The notes beneath the pieces were generated by a model, which saw nothing but the letters and a program-made list of their open reading frames with translations, was not told where the DNA came from and ran no database searches. From Octopus vulgaris (Eukaryota), in contig OX597814.1 in NCBI GenBank assembly GCA_951406725.2, positions 76,322,001 to 76,386,000 of the forward strand: a stretch of 64,000 bases of DNA. Reading direction: 5' to 3'. Positions 41,716 to 53,945 of this stretch are shown here, in pieces. Each line of letters begins with the position of its first letter. Positions within the stretch are counted from its first letter, which is position 1. The translations under genes were made by a program, and so were the position numbers.

Positions 41716-43000
41716 ATAGTTTTTGTATGTGGCAGATGCTCAGGAGCATTGACCTCCAAAGATCTGCAGAAAACAACTTCCGTCACTTTCCAAGGGAAAA
41801 AATTAGAAGTAGTTGATAGCTTCCATTATCTAGGTGACCAAGTCAGTAGTGGGGATGGGTGCGCTGAGAGTGTAACTGCTAGAATAAGAATAGCCTGGGC
41901 AAAGTTTAGGGAGCTCTTACCTCTTCTGGTGACTAAAGACCTCTCGCTCAGAGTAAAGGGCAGACTGTATGATGCATGTGTACGAACTGCCATGCTACAT
42001 GGCAGTGAAACATGGGCCGTGACTGCTGAGGACATGCGTTAGCTCATGAGGAATGAAGCCAGTATGCTCCGATGGATGTGTAATGTCAGTGTACTTACTC
42101 GACAGAGCGTTAGTTCCCTAAGAGAAATGTTGTACCTAAGAAGCATCAGTTGTTGCGTGCAAGAGAGACGATTGCGCTGGTATGGTCATGTGGCGAGAAT
42201 GGATGAAGATAGGTGTGTGAGAAAGTGCCAATCCCTAGCAGTTGAGGGAACCCGTGGAAGAGGTAGACCCAGGAAAACCTGGGACGAGGTGTTGAAGCAC
42301 GACCTTCGAACGTTAGGTCTCACCATGGAAATGACTAGAGACCGAGACCTATGGAAGTATGCTGTGCATGAGAAGACCCGGCAAGACTAGTGAAGCCATA
42401 ACCCATGGCCCCTACCTGGGACGTAGTCAGTCCACCTGTGCATACCTTCCTGCTTGTGATACTTATGAAGACCTGTTGAGGCAAGTGAAAGTCAAATCGA
42501 ATCAAATCAAAATAGATGAACATCAATGGAATTTGTATCCTTGTGGTACCAGTGCCGGTGGCACATAAGAAAACCATCCGAACGGGACCGTAGCCAGTAC
42601 CGCATTGACTGGCCTCCGTGCTGTGGGCATGTAACAAACACCATCCGATCGTAGCCGTTCGCCAGCCTCGTCTGGCACATAAGAAAACACCGAAAACACC
42701 ATCCGAGCGTGGCCGTCTGCCAGCCTCGTCTGGCACCTGTGTGTCGGTGGCACATAAAAAACACCATCCGAGCGTGGCCGTCTGCCAGCCTCGTCTGTCA
42801 CCTGTGTCGGTGGCACATTAAATCACCCACTACACTCTCGGAGTGGTTGGCATTAGGAAGGGCATCCAGCTGTAGAAACACTGCCAGATCTGACTGGCCT
42901 GGTGCAGCCTTCGGGCTTGCCAGACCCCAGTTGAACTGTCCAACCCATGCTAGCATGGAAAGCGGACATTAAACGATGATGATGATAATGATGATGATGA

Positions 43001-43002
<2 letters not shown>
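41716..43002 (+). mobile_element. 5'-truncated RTE LINE
   Basis: LEVVDSFHYLG, MLHGSETWA, RRLRWYGHVARM, GRGRPRKTW; repetitive 3'UTR; (GAT)n tail followed by (AT)n. Confidence 0.95.
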
Positions 43003-43039
<37 letters not shown>

Positions 43040-43044
<5 letters not shown>

Positions 43045-46000
43045 CTGCGATGCAAATGACCTAGTTCTGCGATGCAAATAACCTAGTTCTGCGATGCAAA
43101 TGACCTTATGATTTGCAATACCAACTTCAGGAAACCCACCTCTCACCTAGTCACCTACCGTTCTGGCAGACACACTAGCCAGATCGACTACGTCCTCACC
43201 AGAAAGAGGGAAAGAGGGCTACTTATAAATGCCAAAACCTTTCCAGGCAAGGAATGTACTCCTCAACATAGATTAGTAGTTAGCAACTTCTGGATCAGGG
43301 CCAAATGGCTGCCCAGAAGAAGACCAGCTCAGAGGAGAAGGGTCTGGAAACTTAAAGATCCTGTAAATGGACAGAGATTTAGAGAAGTCCTACTCGAAGC
43401 TTTCAACGAAATAGAAGGGGATATGGCATCACATAATGTGGAAACCAACTGGAGGTTACTACAGGACAATCTGCTGAGTGCCACTGACCAGATCTGTGGA
43501 TGGAGCAAAGTCCCATCTCGTCCCAGGGTAACGTGGTGGTGGAACAATGTTGTAGACAGGGCTATTAGAGACAAGAGACAGGCTTGGAAGGACTGGAGGA
43601 ATGGCGGTAGTAGTGAATTGCATCAGACTGCGAAAAGAGAAGCTAGGAGACAGGTATATTTAGCCAGAGGGGCAGCAGATATGAAAAAAATTTGCCAATG
43701 TTCTGCGCCGTGAGGACCAAAGACTGGAGTTGTTTCATGTTACAAGACAGTGTGTGAGAGAGAATCGTGATGTAGTAGGAGAGAAAAATGTGTTCACATG
43801 GATGATGGTTCACTTGCGCTAAATGAGGATGCAAAGAGAGAGGTTTGGAGATGCCACTATGAAAGGTTGCTCAACAAAGAGAATGAATGGGGTAAAGAGA
43901 GTCTGCTGAATGTCGACCCAATAGAGGGACCAGCTATCTGAGTTGACAGTTCCATGGTAGTTAAGGCAATTAGAAGCATGAAGACAGGGAAAGCCCCAGG
44001 CCCATCAGGAATTACTGCTGAGATGCTCAAAATATCTGGCAGTGTCGGCTATAGCCTAGTCACCCGTATAGTTAACCAGGTGATACACGAAGGAGTCATA
44101 CCCAATGACTGGTGTAGTAGCATAATAGTCAACTGCTACAAAGGTAAAGGTGACGCCCTAGATACAAATAATTACAGAGGTATCAAGCTGTTGGATCAGG
44201 TAATGAAGGTTACGGAAAGGGTCATAGCCCAACTGATTAGAGAGAGAGTCAACCTGGATGAGATGCAGTTTGGTTTTGTGCCAGGGAAAAGCACTACCGA
44301 TGCCAAATTTCTGGTGAGACAGCTGCAGGAGAAATACCTAGCCACAGATAAAACTCTGTACCTGGCTTTCGTTGACTTGGAGAAAGCCTTTGACAGGGTC
44401 CCCTGTTCCCTTATCTGGTGGTCAATGAGGAAACTAGGGATAGATGAATGGTTAGTGAGAGCTGTGCGTGCCATGTACAGGGACGCTGTTAGTAAGGTGA
44501 GGGTTGGCAACGAGTACAGTGAAGAATTCCGGTTGGGGTCCACCAAAGCTCAATCCTCAGCCCCCTCCTATTTATCATAGTCCTCCAGGCAATAACGGAG
44601 GAATTCAAGACAGGATGCCCCTGGGAGCTCCTATATGCTGATGACCTTGCTCTAATTGCTGAATCACTATCAGAACTCGAGGAGAAGTTTCAGGTTTGGA
44701 AGCAAGGATTAGAATCGAAGGGCCTCAGAGTCAATCTAGCTAAAACTAAAGTCCTAATGAGTAGGAAGGTAGACAAATCTCATACGCCTTCAGGCAGATG
44801 GCCCTGCTCGATCTGTAGAAAAGGCGTAGGTAGGAACTCTTTAAGATGCAACAAGTGTAAGCTATGGACACATAAGAGGTGCAGCAATGTCAAAGGAAGG
44901 CTAACTAGGAATATAGTTTTTGTATGTGCCAGATGCTCTGGTGCAATAAACACTGAAAATGCGCAGAGACCATCTTCCAGGGAGAAAAACTTGAAATAGT
45001 TGATAGTTTCCGTTACCTAGGTGATCAAGTCAGTAGTGGGGGGGGGTGCCGAAAGTGTAACTGCTAGAGTAAGAATAGCCTGGGCAAAGTTCAGAGAGCT
45101 CTTACCTCTGCTGGTGACAAAAGGCCTCTCACTCAGAGTAAAAGGCAGACTGTATGACGCATGTGTATGAACAGCCATGCTACATGGCAGTGAAACATGG
45201 GCCGTGACTGCTGAGGATATGCGTAAGCTCACAAGAAATGAAGCCAGTATGCTCCAATGGATGTGTAATGTCAGTGTTCATACCCGACAGAGTGTAAGTG
45301 CCTTGAGAGAAAAGTTGGACCTAAGAAGCATCAGTTGTGGTGTGCAAGAGAGATGTCTATGCTGGTACGGACATGTGGTAAGAATTGATGAAGATAGTTG
45401 TGTGAAAAAGTCCCACACCCTAGCGGTTGAGGAAACCTGTGGAAGAGGTAGACCCAGGAAAACCTGGGACGAGGTGGTGAAACATGACTTTCGCTCTTTA
45501 GGTCTCACTGAGGAAATGACCAGAGACTGAGACCTTTGGAAGTATGCTGTGCATGTGAAGACCCGGCAGGACAAGTGAGGCCATAACCCGTGGCACCTAC
45601 CTGGGACGTAGTCAGTCCACCTGTGCATACCTTCCTTCTTGGGACACATAACTCTACTTGTGAAGACCTGTTGAGGCAAGTGAAAATCAAAATCAAAATC
45701 AAAGAATCAAATCAAATCGAAATTGATCCACATCAATGGAATTTGTTGTTTGTGGTACCCGTGCCAATGGCACATAAGAGAACCGTCCGAACGTGGCCGT
45801 AGCCAGCACTGCATCGACTGGCCTCCATGCTGGTGGCACGTAACAAACACCATCCGATCGTGGCCGTGCCAGCCCTGCCTGGCCTCCGTGCTGGTGGCAC
45901 GTAAAAAACACCATCCGAGCGTGGCCATTCGCCAGCCTCGTCTGGCACCTGTGTCGGTGGCACATAAAAAGCACCCACTACACTCACGGAGTGGTTGGCG

Positions 46001-46144
46001 TTAGGAAGGGCATCCAGCTGTAGAAACACCGCCAGATCTGACTGGCCTGGTACAGCCTTCAGGCTTGCCAGACCCCAGTTGAACCGTCCAACCCATGCTA
46101 GCATGGAAGCGGACGTTAACCGATGATGATGATGATGATGATGA

Positions 46145-46147
<3 letters not shown>
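43040..46147 (+). mobile_element. RTE LINE (APE C-terminus, RT, PHD-like finger, 3'UTR), 5'-truncated and frameshifted
   Basis: SQIDYVL..QHRLV, KAPGPSG, NYRGIKL, FVDLEKAFD, LLYADDL, CSIC..CNKC..WTHKRC..CARC; (GAT)n tail; flanked by (AT)n. Confidence 0.97.
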
Positions 46148-46182
<35 letters not shown>

Positions 46183-46223
46183 TCATCATCATCATCATCA
46201 TCGGTTAACGTCCGCTTTCCATG

Positions 46224-46288
<65 letters not shown>

Positions 46289-47474
46289 TTCGTTATACAC
46301 ACACACCTCGATATTAGAGAAATAGACGATTATTTATATATGTTATAATTTAGAACAAACAGTTAAAGGTTGTCATTGTAGTACTCAGAGTCTCGAATGT
46401 TGGAGCAAAGAGCTACAATACATTCTTGTCGGCTATTAATGGTAACAGACGCTATGAGAAAAAAAAAAAAAGTAACTCTAATAGATGGCAAAAGAAGTAA
46501 GAAAATAATCTATGCAACCATATTCGCACAATACATGGACATAAACCTCTTACGTTCACAACATCTACATAAACACACACAAACATGTATACGTACATGT
46601 ACACACACACACACACAAACATATATGCATGTACTCATACATACACACATATCCACACACATGCATGCATGTATATGTGTATGTATGTATGCAACCTCAT
46701 CCTTATATACACATAGTTGCTTTCATGCATACATGTAACATAATACATACATATTTAGATACTTATATGTATAAACATATATATATACAGACATACATTT
46801 GCACTCCTGCATACACACACACACACTTACACACACATATAATTTCTGTTGATTCACCAAGGCTCATAATATCCTCAACACTGAGTTTTACATTTCCAGT
46901 CAATCAGCTGGTAATTTGAATGATTGGAAACCATTCTCTTGAATGTACTGTTGTTTGAATTTAATTCAAAATATTGTCTTTTTTTGTTTTATCTTTCACT
47001 CGTTTTAGTCATTTGACTGTAGCCATGTTAGGGCACCACCCAGAAGACTTTGGGTCGCACAAATCAACCCCAGTTCTTATGTTTTATAAAAGCCTGATAC
47101 TTATTCTATCTGTATCTTTCACTAAACTTATAGTTATGGGGAAGTAAACACCCCAACACTGGTTGTCATGTGGTAGGGGTGGGGGGTTTACAAACAAACA
47201 CACTATGGGCTTCTTTCAGTTTCCATCAACCAAATGCACTCACAAGACTTTGATCAGCCTGGGAACTGTTGTAAAAGACACTTCCCCTCGGTGCCATGCA
47301 ATGGAACGGAACCTGGATCATGTTGTTGGGAAGCAAATTTATTACCACACAGCCACACCTCCAACTAGAAAACATATGTGATGTGTGACTTGGGGAAGTG
47401 CCTTCTACTACAGACCTGGGTCAACCAAAGCCTTGCAAATGGACGTTGTAGACAGAACCTAAACAAAGCTAGTC

Positions 47475-47593
47475 AAATATGTGTGTGTGTGTGTGTGTGT
47501 GTTTGTGTGTGCATGCATTGTGCACTAGTGTGTTTGTGTATTTCTGCCTACCTTTCTCTCTTTCCTAGACTCCCTTCCTTTCTTTGTATGTGT

Positions 47594-47653
<60 letters not shown>

Positions 47654-48034
47654 ATACAAGCCTTTGCTATCTTTCTGTTTATTTCACACTGCCTTTTTCT
47701 GTCTTTCTCTCTTATCTACTTCCCTTCCTTTATGTGTGTGTATGTGTGCATTTTGTGTATGTGTGTGTGTGTGAGACAGAGAGAGGAGGGGGAGAGTTAA
47801 TTATTGAACATCTCGCAAATTATTCTATTAAACTTTATTGTGACAGAAATGCTTTTCGTTATTTGCTTAATTGCTCTAAGAAACATCAGCAAATGTTCCG
47901 AGCTCATCTAAAATTAGTTAATGAAAACATTCCTGTGACGGCTAGTTATTTTTATTTATTTTTTCTGTTTTGTAGTTGCCATTGTTACCATCTTAGCATC
48001 ATTATTGTTGATACCCACCTTAACAACCCTCACC

Positions 48035-48066
<32 letters not shown>

Positions 48067-48341
48067 GATCCTCACTCTTGTTAATATCCTACTCCTTTCC
48101 TCCCTTCCTCCCTACCCACTCCATATTCCTCTTTGCAATTATCATTTTTGTTATACACTTCACTAACACACATGACTGCCACCCTCACATGAATACCACC
48201 CCTAACCCCTACCCACCATCACTATCACGATTTTCATCATCATCATCATCATTACTAACATTCGGTGTCACCACCCCCATGTACCTCTTATTTTACCGCC
48301 ATCAGTCTTCATTAACATTATCACCATTATAACATCATCCC

Positions 48342-48382
<41 letters not shown>

Positions 48383-49262
48383 ACAACAACAACAACAACA
48401 GCATTATCATTATCACTGGCTTTCCATACCTGTTCTTCTTAACTCCCTTCTCTACCCCAATGTCTTCTCATCATCATTAGTTCTGTTGTTCTTATTCACC
48501 TTTTCATCATCATCACATTATTGCTACTCTCTTTTACTTTTCCTTTTCATCCCCTTCCCATTTTCCTTCACCAGCATCATCATCATCATCATCATCATCA
48601 TTATTATTTCATTAAACATGTACATTTCCACACTTTATTTTTGTCTTAAACAGGTCTGACCAGTACTTAAAGGGAAGAGTGGGATAACTTGTATTTTAAC
48701 CTCAGATATGTCCTAATCAAGCAGGCCTACCATCAAAGGCTTTTGAGCTGTAATCATCACATCTTTTACATTCAGTGCTTTGTTCCTGTTTTTTTTTGTT
48801 TTTGTTTTTTTATTATTAATGGTAGATTATGATTTGAGGGAGATTTGGTTGTTATAGAATTTGGAATGGGCATCAGTTTGGTTGTATAGTAACAACAAAT
48901 ATATTATTGTGTGTGTGTGTGTGTTACTGTAGCTGAGGTCTATGGTGGTATGCCAGCTACAGGATGTGAAATGAGAAAGAGAGGTGGGGAGAATGCAAAG
49001 AAACAGAGAAAGAAAGTGTAGGAGAAAGAAAGAAGATTGAGAGAGAAAATGCAACAAGAGAAAAAGACACAGTGAGAGAAAGTAAATTAAAGAAAGAGAG
49101 AGAGGGGGGGAGGCATGCAGTAGGAGACAAAGAGAAAGAAAGGAGGAGATAGAGAGAAAGAGATACAGTGGGAGAGAGAGAGAGAGCTCAAGAAAGAGCA
49201 ATAAAAGGAAAAACGCAATGAGCGGAAATGAGTGAAAGACAGAGAAAGAGAAATAAATATAT

Positions 49263-49310
<48 letters not shown>

Positions 49311-49340
49311 GAAAGGGAAATAAAGGAAAGGGAATGGTGC
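47475..49340. repeat. Low-complexity region: (GT)n, (CAT)n, purine-rich (GA/GAAA)n
   Basis: Directly visible. Confidence 0.9.
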
Positions 49341-49829
49341 AATGAAAAGTGATGAGTGAAAAAGAAACATAGTTTACATGAGCAATAAAATCACAATGCA
49401 GTTTCAACTTCTAAAACCAGTTCTCTTACAAATTCTGTGATGTTGTACAGTGAACTACAGCACTTTACATGAAATATAAAGTTCAAAGATGAGCTTCTTT
49501 TTGCTAGATTCACAATTCCTATATTTTAGTAGAGAGGCAAAAGTGGAAAAATGTATGAAATAGCTATGCACATGCCCCCCCCACACACACACACACGTAT
49601 GTGTGTGTGTGTGTATGTGCATTTCCTTCTCAACCACATGGTTCTGGGTTCAGTCCCATTGTGTGGCACTTTGGGCAAGCGTCATCTATTGCCTTGGGCT
49701 ATAGTAGAAGATGCAGTGGATTTGATGGGTAGAAACTGAAAGAAGCCCATCATATATGTAGCCTTTGTTAAGCTATACATAAAATAACCGCAAATGAGGA
49801 TTTGTTGAAGTCTTGCTTTTTGTGTGTTA

Positions 49830-50210
49830 AACAACTACAATGTGAGAGAGTGAGTGGTCCACTATTAAAACCCAGGTGACTAGTTCAGTAACTAGTCCAC
49901 AGTAAAAGTCCTTGTCCACAGTTCATCTTTTTCAAGTTCATGGGTAATGCCCTACATAGCTCCACTCAGAACTGTTAACTGTCACTAGAACCAATAAGGT
50001 GTTTTTACCACCCACCTGTGCATGTAGTTACTTGCAATTTGGATTGGTTTCAGTCTATTGATGGAAACCATGTACTCTCATCCTCCAATCAATAGTTTAA
50101 ATGACTTGTCTTTTGTATGAATCATTTCATATGGTCATTCATAGGGTAACTGAAGGGTTTCCATCATGTATTGCGATGAACCTTGTGGAGGTCATTTGGT
50201 ACTGAGGACA
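49830..50210 (-). pseudogene. Gypsy integrase C-terminal (GPY/F) remnant
   Basis: Minus strand: PYEMIHTKDKSFKLLIGG.EYMVSINRLKP. Confidence 0.6.
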
Positions 50211-50238
50211 TAGTTGTATAGCTCTCTCTCTCTCTTCA

Positions 50239-50271
<33 letters not shown>

Positions 50272-50295
50272 GGATAAATTTGAAAACATGATTAA

Positions 50296-50415
50296 AAATG
50301 ACTTTTCTTATAATTTTTCCACATTAATAATTAGATGTTTATAAATTAAATACCTAATTATTAAAGTGGAAAAATTATCAGAAAAGCCATTTCTATTCAT
50401 TTTTTCAAATATATA

Positions 50416-50482
<67 letters not shown>

Positions 50483-50549
50483 ATGCGTGTGTGTGTGTGT
50501 GTGAACATACACATGCATATATGAATGTATATATATGCACACACATGCA

Positions 50550-50598
<49 letters not shown>

Positions 50599-51055
50599 TT
50601 GATTCAGTCCAAGTATATGTAACTCATTTAACAGAGAAAATGAAAAAAAGTAACCAACATGAACTATCAAATTATCAATTTTCAGCCCTGCAGCTTGAGT
50701 GTAATGATTTAAAAGTACTGTACTGAGATACCATAAATCTTGATCTATTGACAAGTAGATTATAAATTCTATCTAAAAGCATTTGATCAACCAAATTAAA
50801 GATATTGATTTCTTAGGCACAAGGTCACAAGTTGTGTGCAGTGGGAATAATTTATTAAATCAAACAGCACTTGACTGGTACTTTACTCAAGAAGGAAAAC
50901 AAAGTTGATCCTGGTTGGATTTCAATTCAAAATGGACAGGGTTGAACTGGCAAATTCTTCCAAATAAAATTTTCAGACTTTTATCCAAATTTCCCCAACT
51001 TCTTTTATTCTCTGTTATTTTTTGTAATGCCCTACATAGCTCCACTCAGAATCAA

Positions 51056-51128
<73 letters not shown>

Positions 51129-51207
51129 TGCATGTGTGTGCATATATATACATTCATATATGCATGTGTATGTTCACACACACACACACACGCACGCGCA
51201 CACACAC

Positions 51208-51253
<46 letters not shown>

Positions 51254-51366
51254 TTGAAAAAATGAATAGAAATGGCTTTTCTGATAATTTTTCCACTTTA
51301 ATAATTAGGTATTTAATTTATAAACATCTAATTATTAATGTGGAAAAATTATAAGAAAAGTCATTT
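50296..51366. repeat. Inverted duplication of ~310 bp (50296-50605 vs 51049-51366)
   Basis: Unique AT-rich parts are identical; differences are mainly in microsatellite length. Confidence 0.95.
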
Positions 51367-51453
51367 CAGTTTGTCAACATTTGTCCCTCTTCGGTGTATG
51401 TAAGTATATGTATGTGTATATGTATACACACACACACACACACACGCACACAC

Positions 51454-51938
51454 GAGTAAATGTAATGACCAGCAAGTTAGGCAAGTCAATTTACACAAAA
51501 TAAATTACATCTAATAGAAAATATGTACGTGTATGGATATAAAATAGCCCAATATACAGAATATAAATGATATCAGGAGTTAAATAGGTAGAGTTTTACT
51601 AGTTCAACAGCTGTTTTTGGGGGCTTGGTGGTCCAAAATAATGATAGTTACTTCTATCTTTAAACTCCATCCTATCAACACCTCAAATGTAAAATTCTCC
51701 CCTGAAGACAGAGGCAGTGTTATCCAATAATGGATCCAAGTAACTATCATTATTCCAGACCACCAAGTCCCCAGAAACAACTGTTGGACTAGTAACACTC
51801 TACTCATTTAACTCCTGATATTATTTATATTCTGTAAGTCAGACTATTTTATATCCACACACATTCATTTTTTTATTAAATGTATTTAATATTCGGTGTA
51901 AATCGATTTGCCTAACTTGCTTCTCATTACATTTACTC
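51454..51938 (+). mobile_element. Non-coding hammerhead-bearing element with ~200-bp inverted arms (PLE pLTR / retrozyme-like)
   Basis: Arms 51454-51653 and 51737-51938. CTGAAGA 51702-08; GAAAC-AACT-GTT 51774-85, where the other arm reads the palindrome CAGCTG. Confidence 0.65.
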
Positions 51939-52021
51939 ATCTACTGGCTTAAGTTCAAATCTCTTGAGCACTTCAAAGTGTATTCTATATAGAAAACACC
52001 TATCTCTAACAATAAATGATA

Positions 52022-53812
52022 TATATATAGATAAGAAAGTTGGTTTGTGAAAGCACGTGGTTGAATATATAGAAAATAGTAAAAAGTGAAAAAGCTACAG
52101 AAGGCTTAAAGGTTAAAAAATATATATTTTGAGTCAATATGTCTGAAGAATATTAAAAATTTTTTTCTTACAATGACATAGTTTAGAAGAAAGACCTGTT
52201 TCGCGTTTAGCTTTTCAAATTTCTTACATTATGTTTATGTTGAACAGAGTTTTCGTTATGTTTATGTTTAAAAGAGTTCTAAATAAGGGGAGGTAATGAG
52301 TGATTTCTTCCGGTGTAAGGGAGATAATCGCTTAAAATTTTTTTCCTTTCCCTTGGTGTGAATTTCTCTGTGTCAGTATGTTGGTATGGTTAAGTCTGGG
52401 CTTGTACTTTTCAATGAAGAATGTTTCCTTGTTTAGTCTAATTTGTGTTGATGATCTGATAACACATTGGTAAAATGGAAAGATTAAAAATTGTGGTAGT
52501 AGTTACTTTGCACATTTCTCAATGTGCTCACTAAAAGGTATCATTCTGTATTCTGGGAATGCAATCTGTTGTCGATGCAGTGCGCATCTACATCTGAGTG
52601 ATAGTCCCGTGAATCCCATGTAGTCTTGGTGGCAGCCTGAGCATTTTATGACATAAATTATGTTTTCAGAGGCACAAGTAAAGTTAGATTTGATCTTGAA
52701 TTTCTATCCCTCTTTAAAGAGGAATTCTGATCCTTCTTGCAGGTTTGGACATGTTGCCCAGTTCGATCTACCACATTTTTTTACTTTTGCATCCGTAATT
52801 TCAGAAAACAATTTTGCCTTTGTGAGAATCTTTTTAAGTGATTTAGGTTGTTTGTAGCTTTTAATGATTTGGTGTATGTTTAGAATTTCCTTTAATTTGG
52901 GGTCCTTATGAAGTATTGGTAAATTCTGGGTGATGATGGTGAAGGCTTCTTTGTTTCTGGGGTTGTATGTAGATATGTAAGGTAGTATTTTCGGGGAAGG
53001 TGTGTTGTTGTGTTGAACTTTTCTTAAAGTTTCTATGTTGATTTCTGTTGCACGTCTGATCCCATCCTCTATGAGTTGAGCTGGGTAATGTCTGTCAATT
53101 AGGGTGTTTTTGAGTTCTTGCAGTCTAAAGTTCCTGGTATTTTGTTCTGACACTATTGTGCATATCCTTCTTGCAAGGTTGAAGAGGATGTTTGTTTTAG
53201 TGTGTCTTGGGTGGCATGAATTAAAAAGAAGGTATTATTTGGCGTCTGTGGCTTTGTAAAAAATGTCTGTTTCTATTTTAAGGTTAATTTTTTTAATTAG
53301 TATATCCAAGAACAGGAGCTCCTTTTGGTTGTATTCCATTGTGAATTGTATATTTGGGTTTATGCTGTTCAATAGGTTTTTAAATTTTAGGAGTTTATCT
53401 GTGTTTTCATTCCAGAGTATAAAACAATCGTCTAAGAATCGTTTCCAATTCTCTTTTATGTATTGAGAAAGGGGGTTTCTAAAGATTGATAAAGATTCCT
53501 GGTAAATGATTATTTCCATGTAGCCCATTGTTAGGTTCGCAATGACTGGTGCTGCCCTTGTACCCATAGCAATTCCGGATTTTTGACGGTAAAATGTATT
53601 GTCAAACATGAAGTGGTTATTATGTAGGATGAATTCAATTGATTTAGTAATGAATTCTTTACTGATCCTTTTTGGTATTTCTTCCGGAAATTGGTCCAGC
53701 CAGAACTGTATTGCCTCTAGTCCATAATTATGAGGTATACTGGTATATAAGTTAACTACATCAAATGAAACCAGGATTGTTTCTTCCTTGGCTTTTTTTG
53801 GAAGGTGGTTTA
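52022..53812 (-). mobile_element. Inverted 5'-truncated copy of PLE B
   Basis: Near-identical reverse complement of 56105-57850 plus further pLTR sequence. Confidence 0.97.
52187..52225 (-). ncRNA. Minimal hammerhead ribozyme (U3:A8 variant) in inverted PLE B copy
   Basis: Minus strand: AAGAAA-T-TTGAAAA-GC-TAAAC-GC-GAAA-C-AG-GTC-TTTCTT. Confidence 0.75.
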
Positions 53813-53945
53813 TTGACTCAAATATATATTTTTTAACCTTTAAGCCTTCTGTAGTTTTTTCACTTTTTACTATTTTCTATATATTCAACCACGTGCTTTC
53901 ACAAACCAACTTTCTTATCTATATATTAAACATGTGAGACCGAAA

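Noticed and set aside
46380-49420. Numerous ORFs rich in CV, HT, YI, LSF
   Set aside because: Translations of microsatellites and low-complexity DNA.
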